From: Sarcina sp.
Lineage (GTDB): Bacteria > Bacillota > Clostridia > Clostridiales > Clostridiaceae
Direction of reading: 5' to 3'
DNA: 32,000 nucleotides
Assembly (NCBI GenBank): GCA_051650125.1
Contig: JBOFIK010000013.1
Span: forward strand, 40,598-72,597
Below, piece after piece: positions 1-8,238 of the stretch; within the stretch, counting starts at the first letter, position 1, and each line of letters starts with the position of its first letter. The notes below the pieces were generated by a model. That model saw only the letters and a list, made by a program, of their open reading frames with translations, did not search any database and had not been told where the DNA came from. Made by a program: the position numbers and the translations under genes.

Positions 1-1
1 T

Positions 2-325
2 CAAACTTGGGTAGCGATTCTAGGGGTTGGACTTGCATTGATAACTCTCATATTGCTTGGTTTTTTACAAGATAAGTTAATAAATAAAAATTTAAAATAC
101 AAATTAGAAATAACATATTTGAATAAAAAAGAAGTGATGTATCATGTTGAAAATACATTTTTTGATAATGATATCAAAGTAGAAAATTTTAAGTTAAAAG
201 AAGCGAGTGAGGAAACTAAGGAAGGAATTTTAGAATATAAAATAGTGATACCAAAATATATAAAGTATGCATCAATAAAAAATAAATTAATGATAAATGA
301 GTATGTAAAGAAAGTTGAAAAATAG
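2..325 (+). CDS. hypothetical membrane-anchored protein, C-terminal part (ORF is open to the window start)
   Basis: The frame is open from nt 2. The first codons (QTWVAILGVGLALITLILLGFL) form a hydrophobic helix, followed by a K/E/N-rich soluble tail. The TAG stop at 323-325 is followed directly by a strong hairpin terminator. No family recognised. Confidence 0.4.
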   Translation, partial: QTWVAILGVGLALITLILLGFLQDKLINKNLKYKLEITYLNKKEVMYHVENTFFDNDIKVENFKLKEASEETKEGILEYKIVIPKYIKYASIKNKLMINEYVKKVEK

Positions 326-326
326 T

Positions 327-370
327 GAAAAACAAGTGTCTTGAAACTATTCAAGACACTTGTTTTTTTA
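327..370. terminator. bidirectional intrinsic terminator between convergent genes
   Basis: Perfect 13-bp stem, acaagtgtcttga (332-344) pairing with tcaagacacttgt (351-363), with a 6-nt loop. It is flanked by an A-run on the left and a T-run (364-369) on the right. Confidence 0.85.
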
Positions 371-373
371 AAA

Positions 374-1663
374 TTATTTAAAAATAGTTCTTAAAAGCTT
401 TCCATCTACATCAAGCATAGAATCATCTAGAAGCTTTGCAATAGTTGGGGCTATATCAATTATTTTCATAGGACCGATATTAAAGTCTTCTTTTACTCTA
501 GGGTCGCAGACCATAAAGAAAGTTCCATTATCATAATTTGATGGTTTGTATCCATGAGTTGCTTTGTCATGTTTAGTACCAACCTTTTCGATAACTTTAT
601 CTCCAAGGAAGTCATTTATAAAATAATAACCATCATTTGCCTCAAGCATAAAGTCGCAATTTATATCAGCTCCAAGTTCTTTAGCTTCTTTAGAATTATA
701 AATTGTTTTTATGCAATTCAGGTTATTTTCAGAAAAATGCTTTAACTCATTTTCAACTTTTGAAAGTAATGATTTATTATTTTTATCCTTTAAGTAGATA
801 TAGGCAGAGCCATCACAAAAGTTACAAAAAACTTCATGATAATCTATTTTTTTATTAGTTTTATCAAGGCGTATCCAGTATTTATCAAGAAATAGTTTAT
901 TAAGTTTAATAACGCTATGGGCATCTTTCATACTGTGATCACCTAGGAGTATAATAGAGGCATCATCATATGCTTCTATTGTTTTAAGTTTAGTGATAAC
1001 ATCACCAAGTCTTGAGTCATGTCGTCTTAGTGCATATTCAGCATCTTTAGAGTTATATCCATGTTTGTGCCTATTTGTATCAACATCAGTTAGGTGAAGA
1101 AACATTACATCAACTTTATAATCTGAAAGTGTTTCAAGGAAACAGTTCATAGAAAAATTATCAAGTTGAGGCTGTCTTAAACCATCTCTAAGTGATGAAT
1201 ATTTATTATTGAGTGCTAATTGGTATTTAATACTTCCGTTTAAGGCAGAGACCATTGTTTGACTTTGCCAACTTTTATTAGGGAAGACCTCAGGCATATT
1301 ATATTTGATATTTGCCCTGCAAGTTACAGGCCAAAGGATAGAACAACAAGTTAGTCTATTTCTTTTTATAAGATCAAATAGCGTATCGCATTTAATTTCG
1401 CTTTTTTTCCAAAACCAATCAGGACTTAAGCAATTTTGAATTTGAAGTTTTATATTATTTATAACACCATGATTTTTAGGTAACATACCTGTCACTACAC
1501 TTGTATGTGCAGGATATGTTAGAGATGGATAGATACTTTCTACTTCCATAGAATAAGAAGACCTTTTGATTAACTTACCAAAGTGTGGAAGTTTTGATAA
1601 GAATTTAAGGTCATTTCCATCAACTGCATCAAATGATATAATAATAAATTTTTTTTTGCTCAT
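374..1663 (-). CDS. alkaline-phosphatase-superfamily nucleotide pyrophosphatase/phosphodiesterase family protein
   Basis: 429-aa ORF. The N-terminal IIISFDAVDG and the PSLTYPAHTSVVTG motif (nucleophile Thr context) match type I phosphodiesterase/NPP signatures, and there are later metal-ligand-like motifs DVDTNRHKHG and GDHS. No signal peptide. An AGGAGG RBS lies upstream on the minus strand. Confidence 0.8.
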   Translation of the reverse strand: MSKKKFIIISFDAVDGNDLKFLSKLPHFGKLIKRSSYSMEVESIYPSLTYPAHTSVVTGMLPKNHGVINNIKLQIQNCLSPDWFWKKSEIKCDTLFDLIKRNRLTCCSILWPVTCRANIKYNMPEVFPNKSWQSQTMVSALNGSIKYQLALNNKYSSLRDGLRQPQLDNFSMNCFLETLSDYKVDVMFLHLTDVDTNRHKHGYNSKDAEYALRRHDSRLGDVITKLKTIEAYDDASIILLGDHSMKDAHSVIKLNKLFLDKYWIRLDKTNKKIDYHEVFCNFCDGSAYIYLKDKNNKSLLSKVENELKHFSENNLNCIKTIYNSKEAKELGADINCDFMLEANDGYYFINDFLGDKVIEKVGTKHDKATHGYKPSNYDNGTFFMVCDPRVKEDFNIGPMKIIDIAPTIAKLLDDSMLDVDGKLLRTIFK

Positions 1664-1876
1664 TAAAACCTCCTAAAAAATGTAATTGATATAATTATAA
1701 CGCAATTTAAGTGTAATCTGTACATATTATTGAATATAGAAAAATTAAATTTTTAATCAATTTTAGAAATTTTAAAAAAGTTATGATAATATTAAAACAA
1801 AGAGAGTTAGTAATTAAGATTTAGTATAAAATATATAGAGATAAATAACAGAAGAAAAAAGGATGAAGGTGATAAG

Positions 1877-2416
1877 ATGAAGTTTAAGTTTTGTCCAGAA
1901 TGTGGATCGGAATTAGAACTAAGAGATAATTATGATGAGGGGTTAGTACCTTACTGTAAAGAACATAAAAGGTTATATTTTGATTTACCTAAACCTTGTG
2001 CGGTTGTTGCAGTATTAAAAGGCGATAAGGTACTTTTATTAAAACAGAGCTATATATTCAAAGATAGTAAAGTTCTATTATCAGGATATGTAGGGATAGA
2101 TGAAACGGTAGAAGAAACTGTGTACAGAGAAGTTAAAGAAGAGTCTGGTATAGAAGTTAAAAATATTGAATATATAGGCAGTGACTATGTTGCAGGGAAA
2201 GAACTTTCTATGTTAACATATGTTGCACAGTATGAATCAGGAGAGATAAATCAATCATCAGAAGTTGAATTTATAGATTGGGTTAATCTTTGTGATGCGC
2301 TTGATGAGATGAAAGAGGATACTGTTGGGCAAAGAGTTATAAAAAAAGTTTTAGAGAAAAAGGGTGATAGTGCAATTTACCCGTTTAAACAAGTCGAATA
2401 TATTGAAGAAGTATAA
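1877..2416 (+). CDS. NUDIX hydrolase with N-terminal zinc-ribbon (NudC-like architecture)
   Basis: The sequence CPECGSELE...YCKEH gives a C-x2-C...C-x2-H ribbon. The Nudix box is GYVGIDETVEETVYREVKEESGIEV (Gx5Ex7REUxEExGU). RBS is gaaggtga. Confidence 0.8.
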   Translation: MKFKFCPECGSELELRDNYDEGLVPYCKEHKRLYFDLPKPCAVVAVLKGDKVLLLKQSYIFKDSKVLLSGYVGIDETVEETVYREVKEESGIEVKNIEYIGSDYVAGKELSMLTYVAQYESGEINQSSEVEFIDWVNLCDALDEMKEDTVGQRVIKKVLEKKGDSAIYPFKQVEYIEEV

Positions 2417-2525
2417 AATTTCCAGGAAAAATATAATTTTTTGGAAAAAGTATTGCTTTTATTTGGAAATATGGTAACATTATAATCAAATATTAATATA
2501 ATATAAAGAAAACTGAATAAAATAA

Positions 2526-2712
2526 ACTTTTGTAGAGGTGCTAAGATTAAAAGTAAGTATTAGGAGCTGCAAGCTGTGAGAAATACTAAAAGGAAGATTA
2601 GCCGAAGGTTGGTAGTGCAAAATATCATCCTGGACATATGTAAAATATACATATGGCTGTCACATTAATTGCAAAAATGAATTGTAATAATTAAGTGGAG
2701 TGCTACTGAGTG
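2526..2712 (+). promoter_or_regulatory. lysine riboswitch (L-box) aptamer
   Basis: The conserved L-box blocks appear in the correct order: tAGAGGTGC (2532-2540), GCCGAAGG (2601-2608), CCTGG, GGCTGTCAC (2655-2663) and GGAGTGCTAC (2696-2705). The element sits directly upstream of lysA. Confidence 0.85.
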
Positions 2713-2776
2713 TTAGTTTAAGAAAATTTATACTGGGCTAGTATAGGTTTTTGTTGTAACATTTTGTAAATTAGTA

Positions 2777-2808
2777 CCCGCTGTGAAAACAGTGGGTTTT
2801 TATTTTAA
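2777..2808 (+). terminator. intrinsic terminator, likely the L-box expression platform
   Basis: The stem is cccgctgt/acagtggg (8 bp, one G-U pair) with a GAAA loop, followed by tttttatttt. It lies about 80 nt upstream of the lysA ATG. Confidence 0.75.
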
Positions 2809-2888
2809 TTATATATTTTTGTAGGGGCTATTTTAAATCAAGTTTTTTTATAAACTAATTTAAAGAAAATATATGGAGGTAATTTAAA

Positions 2889-4181
2889 ATGAAAATGTTT
2901 GGGGCAATGGAAGTAAAAAACAATGAACTTTATATTGGAGGAGTTAGCTGCACAGAACTTGCAAGAACTCATGGAACACCATTATACGTTATGGATGAGA
3001 GGCTTGTGAGAAATAATTGTAGAGATTTCTTTAGAAGTTTTAAATGTGAAGAGAGAAATAATAGAGTTGTATTTGCAGGAAAAGCATGCATGACAATGGC
3101 TATGTGTAAAATAGCTGAGGAAGAAGGCTTATGTCTTGATGTAGTATCAGGAGGAGAGCTTTATACAGCTTATAAAAGTGGTTTCCCAATGGAAAAAATT
3201 TATTTTCATGGTAATAACAAAACTATCGAGGAAATAAATATGGGAATTGAATATGGAATAGGTAGATTTATGGTTGATAACCATAATGAATTATATAATA
3301 TAGATAGAATTGCTAGTGAGAAAGGTATAATTCAAAAAATATATATTAGAATTACACCAGGGATTGAAGCGCATACACATGAGTATATTAAAACAGGACA
3401 GCTAGATTCAAAGTTTGGATTCCCAGTTATCGGTGATAATATAATTACACTTATGAATGAGGTTAAAGAACTTAAAAATGTTGAGTTAGTAGGACTTCAC
3501 TGTCACATAGGTTCACAAATATTTGATCTAGAACCGTTTGAAGATGCAGCAGGAGTTATGCTTGAACTTATGGATAATATCTACACAGAATGTGGAATTA
3601 GAATAAATGAATTAGACCTTGGTGGTGGGTTTGGAGTTTACTACACAGGAGAAGATAACCCAAGAAATACAAGTGATTATTGCGTAGCGATATTAAATAA
3701 AGTAGAAGAAGTTTGTGAAAGACTTAATTACCCAATGCCAATTTTAAGTATCGAGCCAGGTAGAAGTATAGTAGCAAATGCAGGAACAAGTTTATATGAA
3801 ATAGGAGCTATTAAAACAATTGAGGGTATAAGAACATATGCTTCAACAAATGGTGGAATGAGTGATAATATTAGACCCGCCTTATATGGTGCAAAATATG
3901 AGTGCTGCACAGCTAATAGAATTGAGGGGGAAAATCAGGTTGTAACTATTGCAGGGAAATGTTGTGAGTCAGGCGATGTATTAGTTAATGATGCTAATAT
4001 AACAAAGCTTGAAACAGGAGATATACTTGCTATGATGACAACTGGTGCTTATGGATATTCAATGGCTAGTAACTACAATAGAATGCCAAGACCAGGAATG
4101 GTTATGGTTCAAAATGGTGTATCAAGAGTTGTTTGTAAAAAAGAAAGTTTTGATGACATGATTAAAAATGAATGTATCTAA
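2889..4181 (+). CDS. lysA: diaminopimelate decarboxylase
   Basis: 430-aa ORF in the Orn/DAP/Arg decarboxylase fold family. Supporting motifs are the PLP-Lys context FAGKA, HCHIGSQ, the GGGFGV glycine loop, EPGRS and CESGD. An L-box lies upstream and the RBS is ggaggt. Confidence 0.93.
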   Translation: MKMFGAMEVKNNELYIGGVSCTELARTHGTPLYVMDERLVRNNCRDFFRSFKCEERNNRVVFAGKACMTMAMCKIAEEEGLCLDVVSGGELYTAYKSGFPMEKIYFHGNNKTIEEINMGIEYGIGRFMVDNHNELYNIDRIASEKGIIQKIYIRITPGIEAHTHEYIKTGQLDSKFGFPVIGDNIITLMNEVKELKNVELVGLHCHIGSQIFDLEPFEDAAGVMLELMDNIYTECGIRINELDLGGGFGVYYTGEDNPRNTSDYCVAILNKVEEVCERLNYPMPILSIEPGRSIVANAGTSLYEIGAIKTIEGIRTYASTNGGMSDNIRPALYGAKYECCTANRIEGENQVVTIAGKCCESGDVLVNDANITKLETGDILAMMTTGAYGYSMASNYNRMPRPGMVMVQNGVSRVVCKKESFDDMIKNECI

Positions 4182-4230
4182 TAAAAATCAATAATTAAAG
4201 AATGTATATAACCCAATATAGATTATAAAG

Positions 4231-4274
4231 AACCGTTTAGGATAATTAATATTCCTAAATGGTTCTTTTATTTT
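4231..4274 (+). terminator. intrinsic terminator after lysA
   Basis: 12-bp stem, aaccgtttagga pairing with tcctaaatggtt (one G-U pair), followed by cttttatttt. Confidence 0.75.
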
Positions 4275-4306
4275 ATACAAATATTACAAAATTAAATTCC
4301 ATAATA

Positions 4307-4315
4307 TGTTATAAT
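4307..4315 (+). promoter_or_regulatory. extended -10 promoter element (TGtTATAAT) upstream of the first signal peptidase gene
   Basis: Exact TGnTATAAT, 34 nt upstream of the ATG at 4349. No convincing -35 element. Confidence 0.35.
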
Positions 4316-4348
4316 TGTAGTAAAAATAAATTTAAGGGGGCATTAATT

Positions 4349-4876
4349 ATGGAGAGAAGTGGTAATAATTTTTTAAAACTAATAAAAGACTGGGTAGTAC
4401 CTGTTGTATGTGCCATGGTAATAGCCATTTTAATTAATAAATTTTTGTTTTTCAAGGTAGAAGTTCCAACAGGTTCAATGATACCAACAGTTGAAATTGA
4501 TGACCAAATTTTTGTTAGAAGAATATACGATAAATCTAAAATTGAAAGAGGAGATATTGTTGTTTTTGAAAAAGAGGGGGAAACTGAACTTTTACTTAAG
4601 AGAGTTATAGGACTTCCAGGGGAGATTGTTAAAGTTGAGAATGATGGAAAAGTTTATATAAATGATGAGCTTTTAGATGAGGGATATGTAAAACATCCGG
4701 ATTCATTAACAGGGACATTTGTAGTGCCTATGGATAATTATTTAATGATGGGTGATAATAGAACCAGTAGTGAGGATGCAAGAATGTGGGCTAATCCATA
4801 TATTCCAGCAGAAAATATAATAGCTGAGGCTGGTCTTAGAGTTTTTCCTTTTAACAATATGGGATTTTTAAAATAA
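4349..4876 (+). CDS. lepB: signal peptidase I (paralog 1)
   Basis: I chose the start at ATG 4349 (MERSGNN...) because an aaggggg RBS lies 8 nt upstream. The track ORF start at 4259 has no RBS. The protein has an N-terminal TM helix, the catalytic Ser box PTGSMIPT, the Lys box LLKRVIGLPG and GDNRTSSEDAR. Confidence 0.88.
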   Translation: MERSGNNFLKLIKDWVVPVVCAMVIAILINKFLFFKVEVPTGSMIPTVEIDDQIFVRRIYDKSKIERGDIVVFEKEGETELLLKRVIGLPGEIVKVENDGKVYINDELLDEGYVKHPDSLTGTFVVPMDNYLMMGDNRTSSEDARMWANPYIPAENIIAEAGLRVFPFNNMGFLK

Positions 4877-5194
4877 AAATATTGTTAATTTTAAATTAGT
4901 ATAAGTTAATTGTTTAAGTAAATATAATCAAATATACAATTATTTTATGTATATTTTAATATAGTTAGAATAAAATTGTTATTTACTTAGTATATAGTAT
5001 GCTAAGTATGTGAAAAATAATAAATATGTAAGAGAAAATAAGTTTGAAATATGATATACTTATTATTAACAAAAAATCAGTCAGAAATCTTGAATTAGAA
5101 AGAAAATTTAATTTTTTCTATTGATGAAATTACGGAGAACTCAATGCAGTAAGAGTTGTTTGACATATAATTGTTATAAAAATATGGTAGTATT

Positions 5195-5347
5195 ATGACA
5201 AATATAAAAGAGTGGAAATGTACATCAATAAACAAAGGAATTAAGTTGTTTAGTATTATCTTAGATAATTACTTGATTTATGAGGAATATATCAATATTT
5301 CTGAGGAAGTTTGGCGTACTAGACTTTTAGAGAAAGGGATTGGTTGA
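5195..5347 (+). CDS. candidate 50-aa small ORF whose TGA stop abuts the ATG of the downstream signal peptidase gene
   Basis: My hand translation gives MTNIKEWKCTSINKGIKLFSIILDNYLIYEEYINISEEVWRTRLLEKGIG. The stop is at 5345-5347 and the next ATG is at 5348. There is no clear Shine-Dalgarno (SD) sequence. TTGACA (5159-5164) plus a tatggt -10-like hexamer would place a transcription start near its ATG, so it may be leaderless. No family recognised. Confidence 0.3.
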   Translation: MTNIKEWKCTSINKGIKLFSIILDNYLIYEEYINISEEVWRTRLLEKGIG

Positions 5348-5884
5348 ATGAACACGAGTAACAATATGTTTCTCAAGATTATCAAAGACTGGATAATACC
5401 AATAGTATGCGCTATTATACTTGCTACTCTAATTAATAAATTTCTTGTTTTTAAAGTAGTGGTACCAACTGGTTCAATGGAACCAACAGTAATGCCAGGA
5501 GATCAAATCTTTGCTACAAAAATTTATAATCCATCTAAAGTAAAAAGAGGAGAAATAGTAGTCTTCAAAAAAGAAGGTGAAAAAGAACTTCTACTTAAAA
5601 GAGTAATAGGTCTTCCAGGGGATACTATACAAATAAAGGATGGAGGAAAGGTTTATATAAACGGAGAGCTTTTAAATGAGCCTTATGTTAAATATACTGA
5701 TCCATTAGGTGGGACATATCATGTTCCAGCGGGTGAATATTTCATGCTTGGTGATAATAGAGCTAATAGTAGGGACTCAAGGTATTGGAAAGATCCATAT
5801 ATACCAGGAGACAACATAGTAGCTAAGGCGTGGCTAAGAGTTTATCCTTTTAATAGGTTTGGGTTCTTAAAGGATAACAATTAA
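5348..5884 (+). CDS. lepB: signal peptidase I (paralog 2)
   Basis: 178 aa with a TM helix, PTGSMEPT, LLKRVIGLPG and the canonical GDNRANSRDSR box. RBS is aaaggga. It is clearly paralogous to 4349-4876 along its full length. Confidence 0.9.
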   Translation: MNTSNNMFLKIIKDWIIPIVCAIILATLINKFLVFKVVVPTGSMEPTVMPGDQIFATKIYNPSKVKRGEIVVFKKEGEKELLLKRVIGLPGDTIQIKDGGKVYINGELLNEPYVKYTDPLGGTYHVPAGEYFMLGDNRANSRDSRYWKDPYIPGDNIVAKAWLRVYPFNRFGFLKDNN

Positions 5885-5919
5885 ACTGTTAAAGAAGACT
5901 GTAGAAAGGAAGCGAGAAG

Positions 5920-8100
5920 ATGTTTAAGGGTAATAAGAAACTTAAGTATATTCTGATTTATGGTGCGATAGTTGCGGGTTTAATTATAAGCTTTAACTAT
6001 GCTAAAGTAGAGATGTCTACGCAAGAAGTACCATATAGTCAGTTTAAGACAATGTTAAATGCAAATCAAGTTCAAGCAGTTGAATTTGTAAATGGAGAGA
6101 TTAAAATAACTCCTAAAAAAGATACTCCAGAGTACGGTAAGGTTTTATATACTGTAAATGTTGGAGAGGGTCCACAATTAATTAATCAATTAGAAGCTAA
6201 GAGTGTTGTATTTGGAGCTGCGCTTCCACAAACATTCCCATTAGCTGAATTATTGCTTTACTGGGTAGGACCATTAGTATTCTTCCTTATAATAGGAAAA
6301 CTTATGTTTGGTAAAATGGATAAAAAAATGGGTGGCGGAGTTATGTCATTCGGTAAAAATAATGCTAAACTATATGCTGAAGATGAAACAGGAAAAACTT
6401 TTGATGATGTAGCAGGGCAAGAAGAGGCTAAAGAGTCATTAAAAGAAATTGTTGAGTTCTTACATGATACTGAAAAGTATGTGTCAATTGGTGCAAAATT
6501 ACCTAAGGGTGCTTTACTTGTAGGCCCTCCAGGAACAGGTAAAACTTTACTTGCTAAAGCAGTTGCAGGGGAAGCAAAAGTTCCTTTCTTCTCACTTGCA
6601 GGTTCAGATTTTGTTGAGATGTTCGTTGGTATGGGAGCTGCTAGGGTAAGAGATTTATTCAAGCAAGCAGAACAAAAAGCACCATGTATTATCTTTATAG
6701 ATGAGATTGATGCTATTGGTAAGAGTAGAGAAGGTTCAATCCAAGGAAATGATGAGAGAGAACAAACTCTTAACCAATTACTTACTGAGATGGATGGATT
6801 CGATGGTTCAAAAGGAGTTGTAATTCTTGCAGCGACTAACAGACCAGAAGTTCTTGATAAAGCTTTATTAAGAGCAGGAAGATTCGATAGAAGAGTTATA
6901 GTTGATAAGCCAGATTTAATTGGTAGAGAAGCTATACTTGGAGTTCATGCAAAAGATGTTAAGATGTCAAAAGAGGTTTCACTTGGGGCAATCGCTAAAT
7001 CAACTCCAGGAGCAGTTGGGGCAGACCTTGCTAACATTGTTAATGAGGCAGCACTTAGAGCTGTTAAACAAGGTAGAAAGCTTGTTATTCAGGAAGATTT
7101 AGAGGATGCAGCAGAACTTGTTATTGCAGGTAAAGAGAAAAAAGATACAATAATGAATGATAAAGAACTTAGAACTGTTGCTTATCATGAAGTAGGGCAC
7201 GCACTTGTTGCAGCAATGCTTAATAACACAGATCCAGTTCATAAAATAACTATTGTACCAAGAACTATGGGAGCGCTTGGTTACACGATGCAACTTCCAG
7301 AAGAAGAAAAATATCTTTTAAGCAAAGATGAAATGATAGATCAAATTTCGGTTATGTTTGGTGGTAGATCAGCTGAGGAAGTTGAGTTTGGAAGAATTAC
7401 AACAGGTGCTTCAAATGATATAGAAAGAGCTACTCAAACTGCTAGAAATATGGTAACTGTTTATGGTATGAGTGATAGATTTGACATGATGGGTCTTGAG
7501 TCTGCTTCAAGTAGATATATGGATGGTAGAAATGTTATGAACTGCTCAGCAGAGACAGCTACAATAGTTGATGAAGAAGTTCTTAAGATAATAAAAGCTG
7601 CTCATAAAAGAGCTGTTGATGTTCTTACAGAGAATAAAGATTTACTTGATGAGATATCAAATGTTCTTCTTGATAAGGAAACTATTATGGGTGATGAATT
7701 CTTAGAAATAGTCTATAATAAGTATCCAGAGAAGAAAGAAAAATATGATGCTCTTAAGAAAGAAAAAGATTTCTTAAAAGAAAGAGCTAAAGTAAGAAGA
7801 GCTGAAAAAGCTAAGCTTACTGAGGAAAGAGAAGCTGAAAGAAGAGAAAGAATTGAAGAGGAAGCGATAGCACTTGAAGCTAAAGAGAAAGAAGAAAGAC
7901 TTGCTAAACTTGAAGCTGCTAAAGATGAATTAGATATGATTGCAGGACCAGCTTCTGATAAAGAAGAGATTGTTTTTAATTCAGAGAAGAAAGAGGAAAC
8001 TATTTTTGATGCTCAAGAGAAAAAAATAGAAGAAAAACCTGTTTTAAAGGAAAAGAATGAAGAAGTCATCACTGAAAAGAAAGATGATGAATTAGAATAA
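5920..8100 (+). CDS. ftsH: ATP-dependent zinc metalloprotease FtsH, with a long K/E-rich C-terminal tail
   Basis: Two N-terminal TM segments, Walker A GPPGTGKT, Walker B IIFIDEID, the SRH motif TNRPEVLDKALLRAGRFD and the Zn site HEVGHA. RBS is aaggaag. Confidence 0.96.
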   Translation: MFKGNKKLKYILIYGAIVAGLIISFNYAKVEMSTQEVPYSQFKTMLNANQVQAVEFVNGEIKITPKKDTPEYGKVLYTVNVGEGPQLINQLEAKSVVFGAALPQTFPLAELLLYWVGPLVFFLIIGKLMFGKMDKKMGGGVMSFGKNNAKLYAEDETGKTFDDVAGQEEAKESLKEIVEFLHDTEKYVSIGAKLPKGALLVGPPGTGKTLLAKAVAGEAKVPFFSLAGSDFVEMFVGMGAARVRDLFKQAEQKAPCIIFIDEIDAIGKSREGSIQGNDEREQTLNQLLTEMDGFDGSKGVVILAATNRPEVLDKALLRAGRFDRRVIVDKPDLIGREAILGVHAKDVKMSKEVSLGAIAKSTPGAVGADLANIVNEAALRAVKQGRKLVIQEDLEDAAELVIAGKEKKDTIMNDKELRTVAYHEVGHALVAAMLNNTDPVHKITIVPRTMGALGYTMQLPEEEKYLLSKDEMIDQISVMFGGRSAEEVEFGRITTGASNDIERATQTARNMVTVYGMSDRFDMMGLESASSRYMDGRNVMNCSAETATIVDEEVLKIIKAAHKRAVDVLTENKDLLDEISNVLLDKETIMGDEFLEIVYNKYPEKKEKYDALKKEKDFLKERAKVRRAEKAKLTEEREAERRERIEEEAIALEAKEKEERLAKLEAAKDELDMIAGPASDKEEIVFNSEKKEETIFDAQEKKIEEKPVLKEKNEEVITEKKDDELE

Positions 8101-8117
8101 TTTAAGCTAGTAAAAAA

Positions 8118-8147
8118 GGCTGTCTTTGATAAGGCAGCTCTTTTTTT
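8118..8147 (+). terminator. intrinsic terminator after ftsH
   Basis: The stem is ggctgtctt/aaggcagct (8-9 bp with G-U pairs) with a tgat loop, followed by c and then a run of seven T. Confidence 0.7.
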
Positions 8148-8189
8148 CGCTTAAGGATCAAGTGATTTAAAATAAATTGTTAGTTTTCG

Positions 8190-8198
8190 TGGTATAAT
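8190..8198 (+). promoter_or_regulatory. extended -10 promoter element (TGgTATAAT) upstream of the helicase gene
   Basis: Exact TGnTATAAT, about 40 nt upstream of the ATG at 8239. Confidence 0.4.
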
Positions 8199-8238
8199 GG
8201 ATATACTTAAAATATAGAGTGTGAAAGGATTTGATTAA

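Noticed and set aside
2420-2446. A 10-bp hairpin (ttccaggaaa.../...tttttggaa) just after the NUDIX stop, considered as a terminator.
   Set aside because: It is not followed by a U-tract, since its T-run is part of the stem, and it relies on two G-U pairs. The evidence is too weak to call.
4259-4348. N-terminal extensions in the ORF track at 4259, 10790, 12034, 18769, 23256 and 28990.
   Set aside because: In each case an internal ATG is preceded by a strong GGAGG-type RBS at proper spacing and yields the canonical family N-terminus (for example the lipoprotein signal peptide, or DMDGTL). The longer versions have no RBS or start in terminator or promoter sequence.
5123-5197. A 24-codon Cys-containing ORF (MKLRRTQCSKSCLTYNCYKNMVVL) in the spacer between the signal peptidase genes.
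   Set aside because: It has no SD sequence, it overlaps the candidate promoter hexamers, and it is too short to separate from chance.
6258-6662. A 134-aa antisense ORF inside ftsH, plus the other short track ORFs that lie inside or antisense to called genes: 142-354, 554-745, 3728-3910, 6920-7102, 7099-7293, 13398-13718, 15434-15634, 16222-16425, 18290-18490, 20878-21066, 21474-21701, 22871-23065, 24790-24978, 26724-26945, 26981-27163 and 30386-30643.
   Set aside because: All are fully embedded in, or overlap, strongly supported conserved genes. They lack RBSs and have shadow-ORF composition.
7726-8097. The K/E-rich end of ftsH read as a separate gene or a DNA tandem repeat.
   Set aside because: The frame is continuous with the protease domain, with no internal RBS or stop. 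The DNA is purine-rich low-complexity sequence (gaa/aaa/aga codons) without a fixed repeat unit.
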